Source: Verrucomicrobiota bacterium (GTDB taxonomy: Bacteria > Verrucomicrobiota > Verrucomicrobiia > Limisphaerales > CAIQOK01). From it: a DNA stretch of 40,245 nucleotides. Made by a program: the position numbers and the translations under genes. The notes under the pieces were generated by a model, which was given only the letters and a program-made list of their open reading frames with translations, was not told the origin of the DNA and made no database searches. The stretch spans positions 1-40,245 of the forward strand of contig JANYDP010000304.1 in NCBI GenBank assembly GCA_025363535.1, in the 5' to 3' direction. Shown piece by piece: positions 32,704 through 40,245 of the stretch (its first letter is position 1; the number at the start of each line of letters is the position of its first letter).

Positions 32704-35007
32704 ATGACCAATTCCAAATCCACCTACAACTGGCGCTTTTTCCGCGCCGGCGGCTTCGATCAAGTCAAACTTGAAACCGGCGCCGACCTCATGAACCTCG
32801 ACCAGCTCGACCAGAAGTTGTGGGTGGCGCTGGCTTGCCCCATCACGGGCGTCGAATTTGACAAGACCACGCTCGCCTTGATTGACTCGGATAAGGATGG
32901 GCGCGTGCGCGTGCCGGAACTCATTACCGCCGCCAAATGGGCTGGGGGTCTGATGAAAAACCCGGACGACCTGCTCAAGGGCAGCCCGACCCTGAAGCCA
33001 GCCGCCATCAATGACGCCACGCCGGAAGGCAAATTGATCGCCAGTTTTGCCCGGCAGGTTCTGGGCAAGTCCGACACGGCGGAAGTTACCTTTGAGGAAG
33101 CCGCCAGCGCCGCGCAGACTTTTGCGGCCAAGCCTTTCAACGGCGACGGCATCGTGCCCGCAGATTCCGCGAGCGATGACGCCACCAAAGCGGTCATCGC
33201 TGACATCATCAACTGTGTCGGGGCCGACACGGATGCCAGCGGCAAGCCCGGTGTGGGCCAGGCCAGGGTGGATCAATTTTTTGCCGCCGCCACCGCTTAC
33301 TCGGACTGGTGGAAAAAAGCGGAAGGTGACGCATCGGTGCTGCCGCTGGGGTTGAACACCGAAGTCGCCGCCGCCGCCGTGAAGGCCGTGAAGTCCAAAG
33401 TGGACGATTACTTTGCGCGCGGCCGGCTTGCGGCTTTTGATCCACGTTCGGTGAATGCGCTGAACCGCGACGAGAAGGAATACGCCGCGTTGGGAGCGAA
33501 AGATCTCACGAGCAGTCATGCGGACATCGCCAGCCTGCCGCTGGCGCAAGTCGGGGCCACGACGCCGCTGCCGCTGACGCAGGGCATCAATCCGGCCTGG
33601 GCCGGTGCGATCGCTGCGTTGCAGACTCATGCCATCATCCCGCTGCTCGGTGCGCGGACCGTGTTGACCGAGGCGGATTGGAACGCGCTGGTCGGCAAGC
33701 TCGCCGCCTTCGATGCGTGGAACGCCGGCAAGACCGGTGGCGTGATTGAAAAAATCGGCGTGACGAGGGCGTGTGAAATCCTCGCGAGCAAGGCTCAGGA
33801 GACACTGACCGTGCTGATCGCCAAGGACAAGGCCGAGGAAGGCAATTCCGTCGCCGTCATCGGCCTGCACCGCCTGATCCATTATCATCGCGACCTGGCC
33901 AGCCTCTGCCGCAACTTCGTCAACTTCGCCGATTTCTATGGCCGCAAGGACAAGGCCATTTTCCAGGCGGGCACGCTGTATCTCGATCAGCGCAGTTGCA
34001 ATTTGTGCCTCACCGTGGATGACGCCGGCAAGCACGCCGCGATGGCGGGCATGGCGGGCACCTATCTCGCGTATTGCGATTGCGCGCGCAAGGGCAGCGG
34101 CGAGAAGTTGTCCATCGTCGCCGCGTTCACCGGCGGCGATTCGGATAATCTCATGGTCGGGCGCAACGGAATTTTCTACGACCGCAAAGGCCGCGATTGG
34201 GACGCCACGATCACCAAGATCGTGGACAACCCGATCAGCATCCGTCAGGCCTTTTGGTCGCCCTATAAAAAATTGGTCCGCATGATCGAAGAGCGCGCCG
34301 CCAAACAAGCCGCCGCTGCCGATGCCAACTCCAACGCGCAATTGACTGCCGTTGCCAATGCGCCCATCGCTCCGGCTGGCACGCCGGCTCCCGCTGCGCC
34401 GGCAAAGTCGGCGCTTGACCCAAGTGTCATCGCGCTGATCAGCCTGGCCTTGGGCAGCTTGGCGGCGGCATTTGCCGGCATCCTGGGTTTCCTTGGGAAA
34501 TTTGAAGCGTGGCAGGTTCCGCTGGTTGTCCTCGGCATCATGCTGGTGATTTCTGCGCCGTCCATGGCCATCGCGTGGCTCAAGTTGCGCAAGCGCAACC
34601 TCGGCCCGATCCTCGACGCCAACGGCTGGGCGGTGAATGCCAAAGCCAAGATGAACGTGCCGTTCGGCGGCGCGCTTACCAGTGTGGCGGCGTTACCGCC
34701 GGGGGCGACCTTCGGTGCGGCGGATGAATTTGCCGAGAAACCTGCGGTCTGGCCCAAGCTCCTGCTCGTTGCGTTTGTTGTCTGGTTCATCTGGGCGTTT
34801 CTGAATGATAGCCAAGGCAGGCTCAACGGTTGGACTCATGGCAAATATGGCAGCGAGCCTTCAAAGGAAGTCTCGGAACAGCGCGCCGCCTCCGCCAAAA
34901 ATAAGGCCGATAAAGATAAGGCCAAAGCCGACGCCGATGCTGCTGCTGCCGTCAACGCTGCACCGCCTACGGTTGTCACGGCAACCAACGCCGTCCCGGC
35001 CAAATAG
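32704..35007 (+). CDS. Large hypothetical membrane protein with a canonical EF-hand-type Ca-binding loop, C-terminal TM helices and a Lys/Ala-rich tail
   Basis: 767 aa. The loop DSDKDGRVRVPE (nt 32884-32919) fits DxDxDGxxxxxE. TM segments are VIALISLALGSLAAAFAGILGFL, VPLVVLGIMLVISAPSMAIAWL and LLLVAFVVWFIWAFL. The tail is KNKADKDKAKADADAAAA. Confidence 0.7.
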   Translation: MTNSKSTYNWRFFRAGGFDQVKLETGADLMNLDQLDQKLWVALACPITGVEFDKTTLALIDSDKDGRVRVPELITAAKWAGGLMKNPDDLLKGSPTLKPAAINDATPEGKLIASFARQVLGKSDTAEVTFEEAASAAQTFAAKPFNGDGIVPADSASDDATKAVIADIINCVGADTDASGKPGVGQARVDQFFAAATAYSDWWKKAEGDASVLPLGLNTEVAAAAVKAVKSKVDDYFARGRLAAFDPRSVNALNRDEKEYAALGAKDLTSSHADIASLPLAQVGATTPLPLTQGINPAWAGAIAALQTHAIIPLLGARTVLTEADWNALVGKLAAFDAWNAGKTGGVIEKIGVTRACEILASKAQETLTVLIAKDKAEEGNSVAVIGLHRLIHYHRDLASLCRNFVNFADFYGRKDKAIFQAGTLYLDQRSCNLCLTVDDAGKHAAMAGMAGTYLAYCDCARKGSGEKLSIVAAFTGGDSDNLMVGRNGIFYDRKGRDWDATITKIVDNPISIRQAFWSPYKKLVRMIEERAAKQAAAADANSNAQLTAVANAPIAPAGTPAPAAPAKSALDPSVIALISLALGSLAAAFAGILGFLGKFEAWQVPLVVLGIMLVISAPSMAIAWLKLRKRNLGPILDANGWAVNAKAKMNVPFGGALTSVAALPPGATFGAADEFAEKPAVWPKLLLVAFVVWFIWAFLNDSQGRLNGWTHGKYGSEPSKEVSEQRAASAKNKADKDKAKADADAAAAVNAAPPTVVTATNAVPAK

Positions 35008-35024
35008 TCTTGCCAAAGATTCAA

Positions 35025-35058
35025 GCCCGGGCGTTCGCGTCCGGGCTTTTTATTTTCC
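35025..35058 (+). terminator. Intrinsic terminator after the 767-aa gene
   Basis: GCCCGGGCG-ttcg-CGTCCGGGC (9 bp including one G-U pair) followed by TTTTTATTTT. Confidence 0.75.
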
Positions 35059-35258
35059 GGCGCTGGCCTTGCCTCGATTTGGTGGACCGGCAGTGAATGC
35101 AGGAGGCACGGGTGATTATTAGCGTCAGAATCCTTCCTGGCTCTCCGTCGGCGACCGCCGTTTTTTATCCGGCGGCTTTTTTTATTTCTTTGTCGGCGGC
35201 CTTGTTTGATGATGGCGGCGTGCAACTTTTAGGCTGCACAGGTTTTGGATAACACGTT

Positions 35259-36545
35259 ATGCCGTCATTCTCGTACAAAGCACGCCGCCGTTCCGGTGAA
35301 ATGGTAGAAGGAATTTTGGAAGTGGCCGACCGACCGGCGGCGTTGGTGCAGATCGAGCGGCTGGGGCTGTTTCCAGTGGCCGTGGAGGCGGTCAAAGCGG
35401 GTGCGGCAGCGTCTGCGGCCACGCCCGGTACGGCGCGGACCAAGGTGGATTTCATGGCAATGTTGCCGCCGTCGTTTCGCCAGGCGATGACCAAGCAGCG
35501 GAAACCGAAACTGCAGGAACTGGCCACCTTCACGCAGCAGATGGCGAACTTGCTGAAGTCGGGGATGCCGCTGACGGTGGCGTTGCAGAGCATGACGCAT
35601 CTGGAGTCGAAGGGCATTCCGTCAAATGTGGCGAAAGATTTGCGGCAGGAAGTGATGGAGGGGCGCGGACTCTCGGACGCGATGGCGAAGCAGCCGGTGA
35701 TTTTTTCCGATCTCTACGTGAACATGGTGAAGGCGGGGGAACAATCCGGCGCGCTGGTGGTGGTATTGCGGCGCATGGCCACGCATTTCCAGCAGTTCGC
35801 GGAAGTGCAGTCCAAGTTTACAGCGGCGTTGATTTATCCGGCGCTGGTGATCTCGGTGGGCTTTCTCCTGATTTTATTTTTCATTTATTTCATGCTGCCC
35901 CGATTCATCGAGATGTTCACCGGCTTCGGCGTGGAGCTGCCGCTGCCCACGCGTATTTTGATGGGGATCAGCAACGTGTTCCAAAATTTCTGGTGGCTGC
36001 TGATTCTCATCGCGGTGGCGGTGGTGATCTTGTTCAAGCGTTTCAAGGCGAGCGAAAACGGTCAGCGGAAGCTCGACGAATGGAAGATGAAAGCCCCCAT
36101 TGTCGGCAAGGTGGTGAAAATAAATTTGTTCGGCCAGTTTGCGCGGGTGCTGTCCACGCTGCTGGAAAACGGCGTGCCGGTGTTGACGGCGTTGAAGATC
36201 ACGGAGCAGGTCATGCCCAACCACATCATCAAAGAGGCCGTGGCCAAGGCGCGCGCAGACGTGACGGATGGCAAGACGCTGGCGCAGCCGCTGGCGCGCA
36301 GCAAGGTGTTCCCGCAATTGATGGTGGATCTGGTGAAGATCGGCGAGGACACGGGCGATGTGCCGGGCGCGCTGGCGAATCTGGCGGACACGTACGAGAG
36401 CGAGCTGCAAATCTCGCTGCGCGTGATGACGAGTTTGATCGAGCCAGCGCTGATCATCGTGATGGCGCTGATGGTGGGCTTTTTGCTGGTCAGCGTGCTG
36501 ATGCCAATGTTCAAGCTGATTTCCAGCATCAACGCGACGAAATGA
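35259..36545 (+). CDS. gspF: Type II secretion / type IV pilus platform protein (GspF/PilC family)
   Basis: 428 aa. MPSFSYKARRRSGEMVEGILEVADRPAALVQIERLGLFPV, two T2SSF repeats (LATFTQQMANLLKSGMPL and FARVLSTLLENGVPVLTAL), and three TM segments. Confidence 0.9.
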   Translation: MPSFSYKARRRSGEMVEGILEVADRPAALVQIERLGLFPVAVEAVKAGAAASAATPGTARTKVDFMAMLPPSFRQAMTKQRKPKLQELATFTQQMANLLKSGMPLTVALQSMTHLESKGIPSNVAKDLRQEVMEGRGLSDAMAKQPVIFSDLYVNMVKAGEQSGALVVVLRRMATHFQQFAEVQSKFTAALIYPALVISVGFLLILFFIYFMLPRFIEMFTGFGVELPLPTRILMGISNVFQNFWWLLILIAVAVVILFKRFKASENGQRKLDEWKMKAPIVGKVVKINLFGQFARVLSTLLENGVPVLTALKITEQVMPNHIIKEAVAKARADVTDGKTLAQPLARSKVFPQLMVDLVKIGEDTGDVPGALANLADTYESELQISLRVMTSLIEPALIIVMALMVGFLLVSVLMPMFKLISSINATK

Positions 36546-36553
36546 TGAAGGCG

Positions 36554-36645
36554 CGAATGGCGAATGGCGAATGGCGAATGCCGACGAGGAGCGTCGTCGG
36601 ACGCGAAGGCAATTCGTCATTCGAAATTCGTCATTCGAAATTCAC
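36554..36645. repeat. Heptamer-tandem inverted repeat: (CGAATGG)x3 + CGAATGC, nested hairpin, (AATTCGTCATTCGA)x2 + AATTCAC
   Basis: Heptamers at 36554, 36561, 36568 and 36575. Nested stem CCGACGA-ggagcg-TCGTCGG (36581-36600). 14-mers at 36611-36624 and 36625-36638 contain CATTCG, the complement of CGAATG. The element lies between the gspF stop and the FTLIEL motif of the next gene. Confidence 0.85.
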
Positions 36646-37141
36646 CCGGGCTTTCACGCTCATCGAACTCATGGTGGTGGTCGGCATCATCGGACTGATC
36701 CTGGCGATGGGCGCGCCGACGCTGCTGAAGTTTTTTCACAAGGAAGGTTTTCGCAAATCGGTCAGCGACACGCTGGAAGCGTGCAGCACGGCGCGGGCGC
36801 GGGCGATTCTGAGCCAGACGACGGTGGAGCTGATGTTTCATCCGGTGCAAAAGCGGTGCGAGGTGTCCGGCGGGCCGGGCGGTGGCTGGGGTGGCTGGGC
36901 GGCCACGGCGTCGTTCGGGGACAGCGTGATGATCGAAATGCTGGACGTGAATTTGATAGAACGCAAAAGCGACGAGACGGCCGGAGTGCGCTTTTTCCCC
37001 AATGGTACCAGCGATGAAATGACTTTGCTCCTGCGCTCAGATCAGAACAAACAATGCGGCATCACCCTGGAGATCACGACGGGGCTGGCAACTTTTCTCA
37101 ACGAGGAAGGTGTGCAAAAATTGATCGCTGGAAAACTATGA
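36578..37141 (+). CDS. Prepilin-type N-terminal cleavage/methylation protein, GspH/FimT-like pseudopilin
   Basis: ...KFTRA/FTLIELMVVVGIIGLILAMGAP is a class III signal. RFFPNGTSDEMTLLL is typical of H-type pseudopilins. The start is uncertain: in-frame ATGs at 36542, 36545, 36557 and 36578 all lie inside or before the repeat element. 36578 gives a 25-aa leader. Confidence 0.75.
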   Translation: MPTRSVVGREGNSSFEIRHSKFTRAFTLIELMVVVGIIGLILAMGAPTLLKFFHKEGFRKSVSDTLEACSTARARAILSQTTVELMFHPVQKRCEVSGGPGGGWGGWAATASFGDSVMIEMLDVNLIERKSDETAGVRFFPNGTSDEMTLLLRSDQNKQCGITLEITTGLATFLNEEGVQKLIAGKL

Positions 37142-37557
37142 ACCGGCGCGTTGCTCAGGTCGGCCGGTCGCGCCAGGCGTTCACGCTTCTGGAAGTGATG
37201 ATCGCCTCCGGGATATTGTTTTTGTGCCTGTTCGCGATCCTGCAACTGCTTTCGACGGCGCTCCGGAACGCGCGGGTGTTGCAGCGCTCGACGGTGGATG
37301 CAGGGATGCTGGCGGCGGAACTTTCCTTGACCAACAAACTTTACGAAGGCCCGGTGCCGAAGGATTTGGGAGGGTTCGACAAGTTGTATCCCGATTTTCG
37401 TTACGAGGGAGAAATCAAGGAGGTCGGAACCAATGGGCTGTTTCAAGTGGACTACGTTGTTTTCAGCCGGAGGGGAGACCATGGCAAAGAATCGAGCCTG
37501 AGCATCCTGCTGTTCAAGCCCGAGTCGCCGCGGCAGGGAGGACTGATCAGGCCGTAA
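37138..37557 (+). CDS. Prepilin-type pseudopilin, GspI-like
   Basis: The ATG at 37138 overlaps the upstream stop (ATGA). MNRRVAQVGRSRQA/FTLLEVMIASGILFLCLFAIL. 139 aa. Confidence 0.75.
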   Translation: MNRRVAQVGRSRQAFTLLEVMIASGILFLCLFAILQLLSTALRNARVLQRSTVDAGMLAAELSLTNKLYEGPVPKDLGGFDKLYPDFRYEGEIKEVGTNGLFQVDYVVFSRRGDHGKESSLSILLFKPESPRQGGLIRP

Positions 37558-37558
37558 T

Positions 37559-38338
37559 ATGAAGATGCCCAAACACGACGTGCGCGCGGCCTTCACGCTG
37601 CTGGAAATCATGGTGGCGCTGGCGTTGTTTGCACTGGTGGGGGCGGCGATTTATTCGAGCTGGTTTGCGGTGCTGCGCGGGTCCCAGGTGGGGCTAGCCT
37701 CGGCGGCGAAGGTGCAGCGGGCGCGTATCGCCATGCAAATCATCGAGGACGCGTTGTGCTCGACGCGTTCGTTTGATGCGGATGGAACGAATTATTATTT
37801 TTACGGGCTGAATGGAGCCAACGCGCAGTTGAGTTTTGTGTCCAAGCTGCCGGCGTCCTTTCCGCGCAGTGGAAAATTTGGCGACCTTGATGTGCGCCGG
37901 GTGGAGTTTGCGCTGGTGGAGGGGCCCGATTCGAGCAAACAACTGGTGTTGCGGCAGCGGCCGATGTTGATGGAGCTGCCCAAGGACGAAAATTTTCATC
38001 CCGTCGTGATCGCCAAAGATGTCAAAAAATTCGCGCTGGAATTTTGGGATCTGCATCCGCCCAAAAACACGATCAACAACAATGCGTCGGACGTGGTGGA
38101 TTGGATTAAAGATTGGGACGAGGAGCGGACCAACCGCTTGCCGGCCATGGTCAAAATCGTGTTGCAGTTCAAGGGCGACGACTTCGGCCAGACGCCGCGG
38201 GAAAACGTCAAAGTGGTCGGCCTGCCGTCGCAGGCGGTGGCGGCGAGTTGGCAAAGAACTCGAGGTGGACAGCCGGGTGGTCCAGGTCGCCCCGGTGGCC
38301 CTGGGGCGCCGATCTCGCTTCCTGGGCGCGCGCCTTAG
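37559..38338 (+). CDS. Prepilin-type pseudopilin, GspJ-like
   Basis: MKMPKHDVRAA/FTLLEIMVALALFALVGAAIY...RARIAMQIIEDAL. 259 aa with a Gly/Pro-rich C-terminus. Confidence 0.75.
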   Translation: MKMPKHDVRAAFTLLEIMVALALFALVGAAIYSSWFAVLRGSQVGLASAAKVQRARIAMQIIEDALCSTRSFDADGTNYYFYGLNGANAQLSFVSKLPASFPRSGKFGDLDVRRVEFALVEGPDSSKQLVLRQRPMLMELPKDENFHPVVIAKDVKKFALEFWDLHPPKNTINNNASDVVDWIKDWDEERTNRLPAMVKIVLQFKGDDFGQTPRENVKVVGLPSQAVAASWQRTRGGQPGGPGRPGGPGAPISLPGRAP

Positions 38339-38355
38339 GACATGAAGGCTGCGAA

Positions 38356-39393
38356 ATGACAATGGGAATGCACATAAAATCATCCAAGAGCGGCATGGCG
38401 TTGATCATGGTCATGGTTGCCATTTTTGCCCTGTCGGTTTTGGTGGGGGCTTTTGCGTATGCGATGAAAGTGGAAACCAAACTGGGCCAGACCGCCAACA
38501 ACGGGGAAAAATTAATCTGGCTGGGGCGTTCCGGAGTGGAACAAGCGAAGGCGATTTTGGCGCAGGGTAATTGCCGGTACGAGGCGTTGAATCAAAAGTG
38601 GGCCGGGGGGACGGGATCAGAGTGTGAAACCAACGGTGCTTTTACGGATTTGCCAATGGAGAATGTCCGGCTCGGCGACGGAACTTTTTCCATCAAAATC
38701 ACCGACCTGGAGCGGAAGATAAACATCAATAATGCGCCGGAAACGTTGCTGAGGAATGCGATTGATTCGCTTGGGCTGAGTCAGGGCGAGGCGGGGATGG
38801 TTCAAGATGGAATTCTGGATTGGATGGATGCGAATCCAAATTCAAATGTTAAACATCCCAACGGGGCGAAGACCGATTATTACCAAAGCCTAGAGCCGCC
38901 GTACATCGCGAAGAATGGGCCGATTGATGACATCTCAGAGCTGTTGATGATTCGCGGCGTCACCCAGGATATTTACTGGGGCCCGGCCTCTACGAATCAT
39001 TCAGCAGCCTATTTTCAACAGCCGAGCCGATCTGGCAGAGTTGGACAGCAACCGGTCTATTCAGCGGGATTGGAAGATATTTTTACGACAATGGGCGGGT
39101 CGGTGAATGTGAACACGGCGACGAGAGAGGTGCTCTTGGGAATTCCTGGAATAAACGAAACCATCGCCGATCAAATCATTCAAAACCGGAATGAAGCCCC
39201 GTTCGAAAACATCGGCTACGTCATCACCAGCTCCGGTGCGCCGTCCAATATTTCCCAATATTGCGGGGTAAACAGTCAGACATTTGAGGTGCAAGTCAGT
39301 GCGGAAGTGGGCGGAACGCGGAGGACCTTTTACGCAATTGTCGGCCGGGTGCCGCCAAGGAATTTGAAAGTCCTGAGCTTTTATTGGAGGTAA
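38356..39393 (+). CDS. gspK: GspK-like minor pseudopilin
   Basis: SGMALIMVMVAIFALSVLVGAFAY, KININNAPETLL, DDISELLMIRGVTQDIY, VNVNTATREVLLGIPGINETIADQII (helix-hairpin-helix). Start taken at ATG 38356; ATGs at 38362, 38368 and 38395 are alternatives. The ORF-track start at 38113 overlaps gspJ and is rejected. Confidence 0.8.
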   Translation: MTMGMHIKSSKSGMALIMVMVAIFALSVLVGAFAYAMKVETKLGQTANNGEKLIWLGRSGVEQAKAILAQGNCRYEALNQKWAGGTGSECETNGAFTDLPMENVRLGDGTFSIKITDLERKININNAPETLLRNAIDSLGLSQGEAGMVQDGILDWMDANPNSNVKHPNGAKTDYYQSLEPPYIAKNGPIDDISELLMIRGVTQDIYWGPASTNHSAAYFQQPSRSGRVGQQPVYSAGLEDIFTTMGGSVNVNTATREVLLGIPGINETIADQIIQNRNEAPFENIGYVITSSGAPSNISQYCGVNSQTFEVQVSAEVGGTRRTFYAIVGRVPPRNLKVLSFYWR

Positions 39394-39507
39394 ATTTTCG
39401 CGCGGCGGAAATTATTTTTTTGAGGGAAATGCCTACACTTGGTTAAAAGCGTCGTATTTCCTAAGAAATAACTAAAAAAAACCAATCAAAAAAATTTCAA
39501 AAAAGGC

Positions 39508-39535
39508 TTGCGCGGTTTTAAGACTACGATAGTCT
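39508..39535 (+). promoter_or_regulatory. Candidate rRNA promoter TTGCGC-16 nt-TAGTCT preceded by an A-rich UP-like tract
   Basis: The A/T-rich stretch at 39469-39505 (AACTAAAAAAAACCAATCAAAAAAATTTCAAAAAAGG) lies directly upstream of the -35-like TTGCGC (39508-39513). The -10-like TAGTCT is at 39530-39535, about 310 nt before the 16S start. Confidence 0.3.
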
Positions 39536-39711
39536 TACCAAGTTGTTACGACGCAACCCGAACAAAAGGTTGTCGTCAAAGCGGTGAAAAGCTTCACCGC
39601 AGTTCTAACGAAGCTCTGAGAGGCCGAGTGGAAAAGAGAAACCGGCTCTCGGATTTTTTGTCCCCTGAATGGGGAGCTAGTTGGAAAAAGATTTTGGGTT
39701 AAGTGACCCGC

Positions 39712-39724
39712 TGCTCATTGAAAA
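39712..39724 (+). promoter_or_regulatory. boxA-like antitermination element in the rRNA leader
   Basis: TGCTCATTGAAAA matches the consensus TGCTCTTTAACAA at 10 of 13 positions. Leader hairpins lie upstream (GCGGTGAA-aagc-TTCACCGC at about 39582-39601). Confidence 0.35.
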
Positions 39725-39842
39725 TTGAATTGTGCGATAAGTTAGAGCCCCTTCAAGCACAACTAGTTAGTGGTTGTATTTGAAGAGTTTTAAAATTGTA
39801 ATTCGTCCGACTAATCATCGGACAGGAATTAAACTAACGTTT

Positions 39843-40245
<403 letters not shown>

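Noticed and set aside
32671-34341. 556-aa minus-strand ORF antisense to the 767-aa gene
   Set aside because: Gly/Arg/Ala-rich shadow ORF. The plus-strand frame has a balanced composition, an EF-hand loop, TM helices and flanking terminators.
35993-36577. N-terminal 195 codons of the 382-aa ORF 35993..37141
   Set aside because: This part overlaps gspF out of frame and is Arg/Gly-rich. Only the part from about 36578 onward (prepilin motif FTLIEL) is credible.

Overview
High-GC (~60%) chromosomal segment. The partial 16S rRNA gene at the 3' end (39843-40245; GGCAGCAGTCGAGAATTTTT signature) points to a Verrucomicrobiota-type bacterium. Most of the window is tightly packed housekeeping DNA. It holds a truncated TetR regulator and a five-gene branched-chain amino-acid ABC importer (binding protein, livHMGF), then glgC and a Gly-rich PMP-repeat/beta-helix surface protein split by a frameshift. 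Next come ftsK, a YihY/BrkB membrane protein, ilvB with a possible Val-rich leader and attenuator, a YacP/Rae1-like NYN RNase, and an RluA-type pseudouridine synthase fused to an RlmI-type methyltransferase. Further on are a CPBP protease, ptsH-hprK-lptB-lptA-lptC-kdsA, a KamA-family radical SAM enzyme, a lipoprotein, a DUF481 barrel, a 767-aa EF-hand-loop membrane protein, a gspF plus four-pseudopilin (H/I/J/K-like) cluster, and the start of an rRNA operon. The stand-out accessory locus is 13.6-17.5 kb, on the minus strand. Five translationally overlapping genes encode a 56-aa small protein, a Doc (Fic-family) toxin with a C-terminal extension, a cytoplasmic trypsin-like serine protease, an Hsp70 substrate-binding domain with no ATPase domain, and a DEDDh exonuclease fused to a J-domain. 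The 15.3-17.5 kb part has clearly lower GC (~42-55% in the lines I counted) and abuts a 3' remnant of alanine dehydrogenase, which suggests an insertion scar. I do not recognise this gene combination as a described system. I propose it as a chaperone-coupled toxin/defence candidate. A second recurring oddity is four intergenic hairpins whose arms are tandem 7-nt repeats. All domain calls come from reading the translations by eye; no database search was run.
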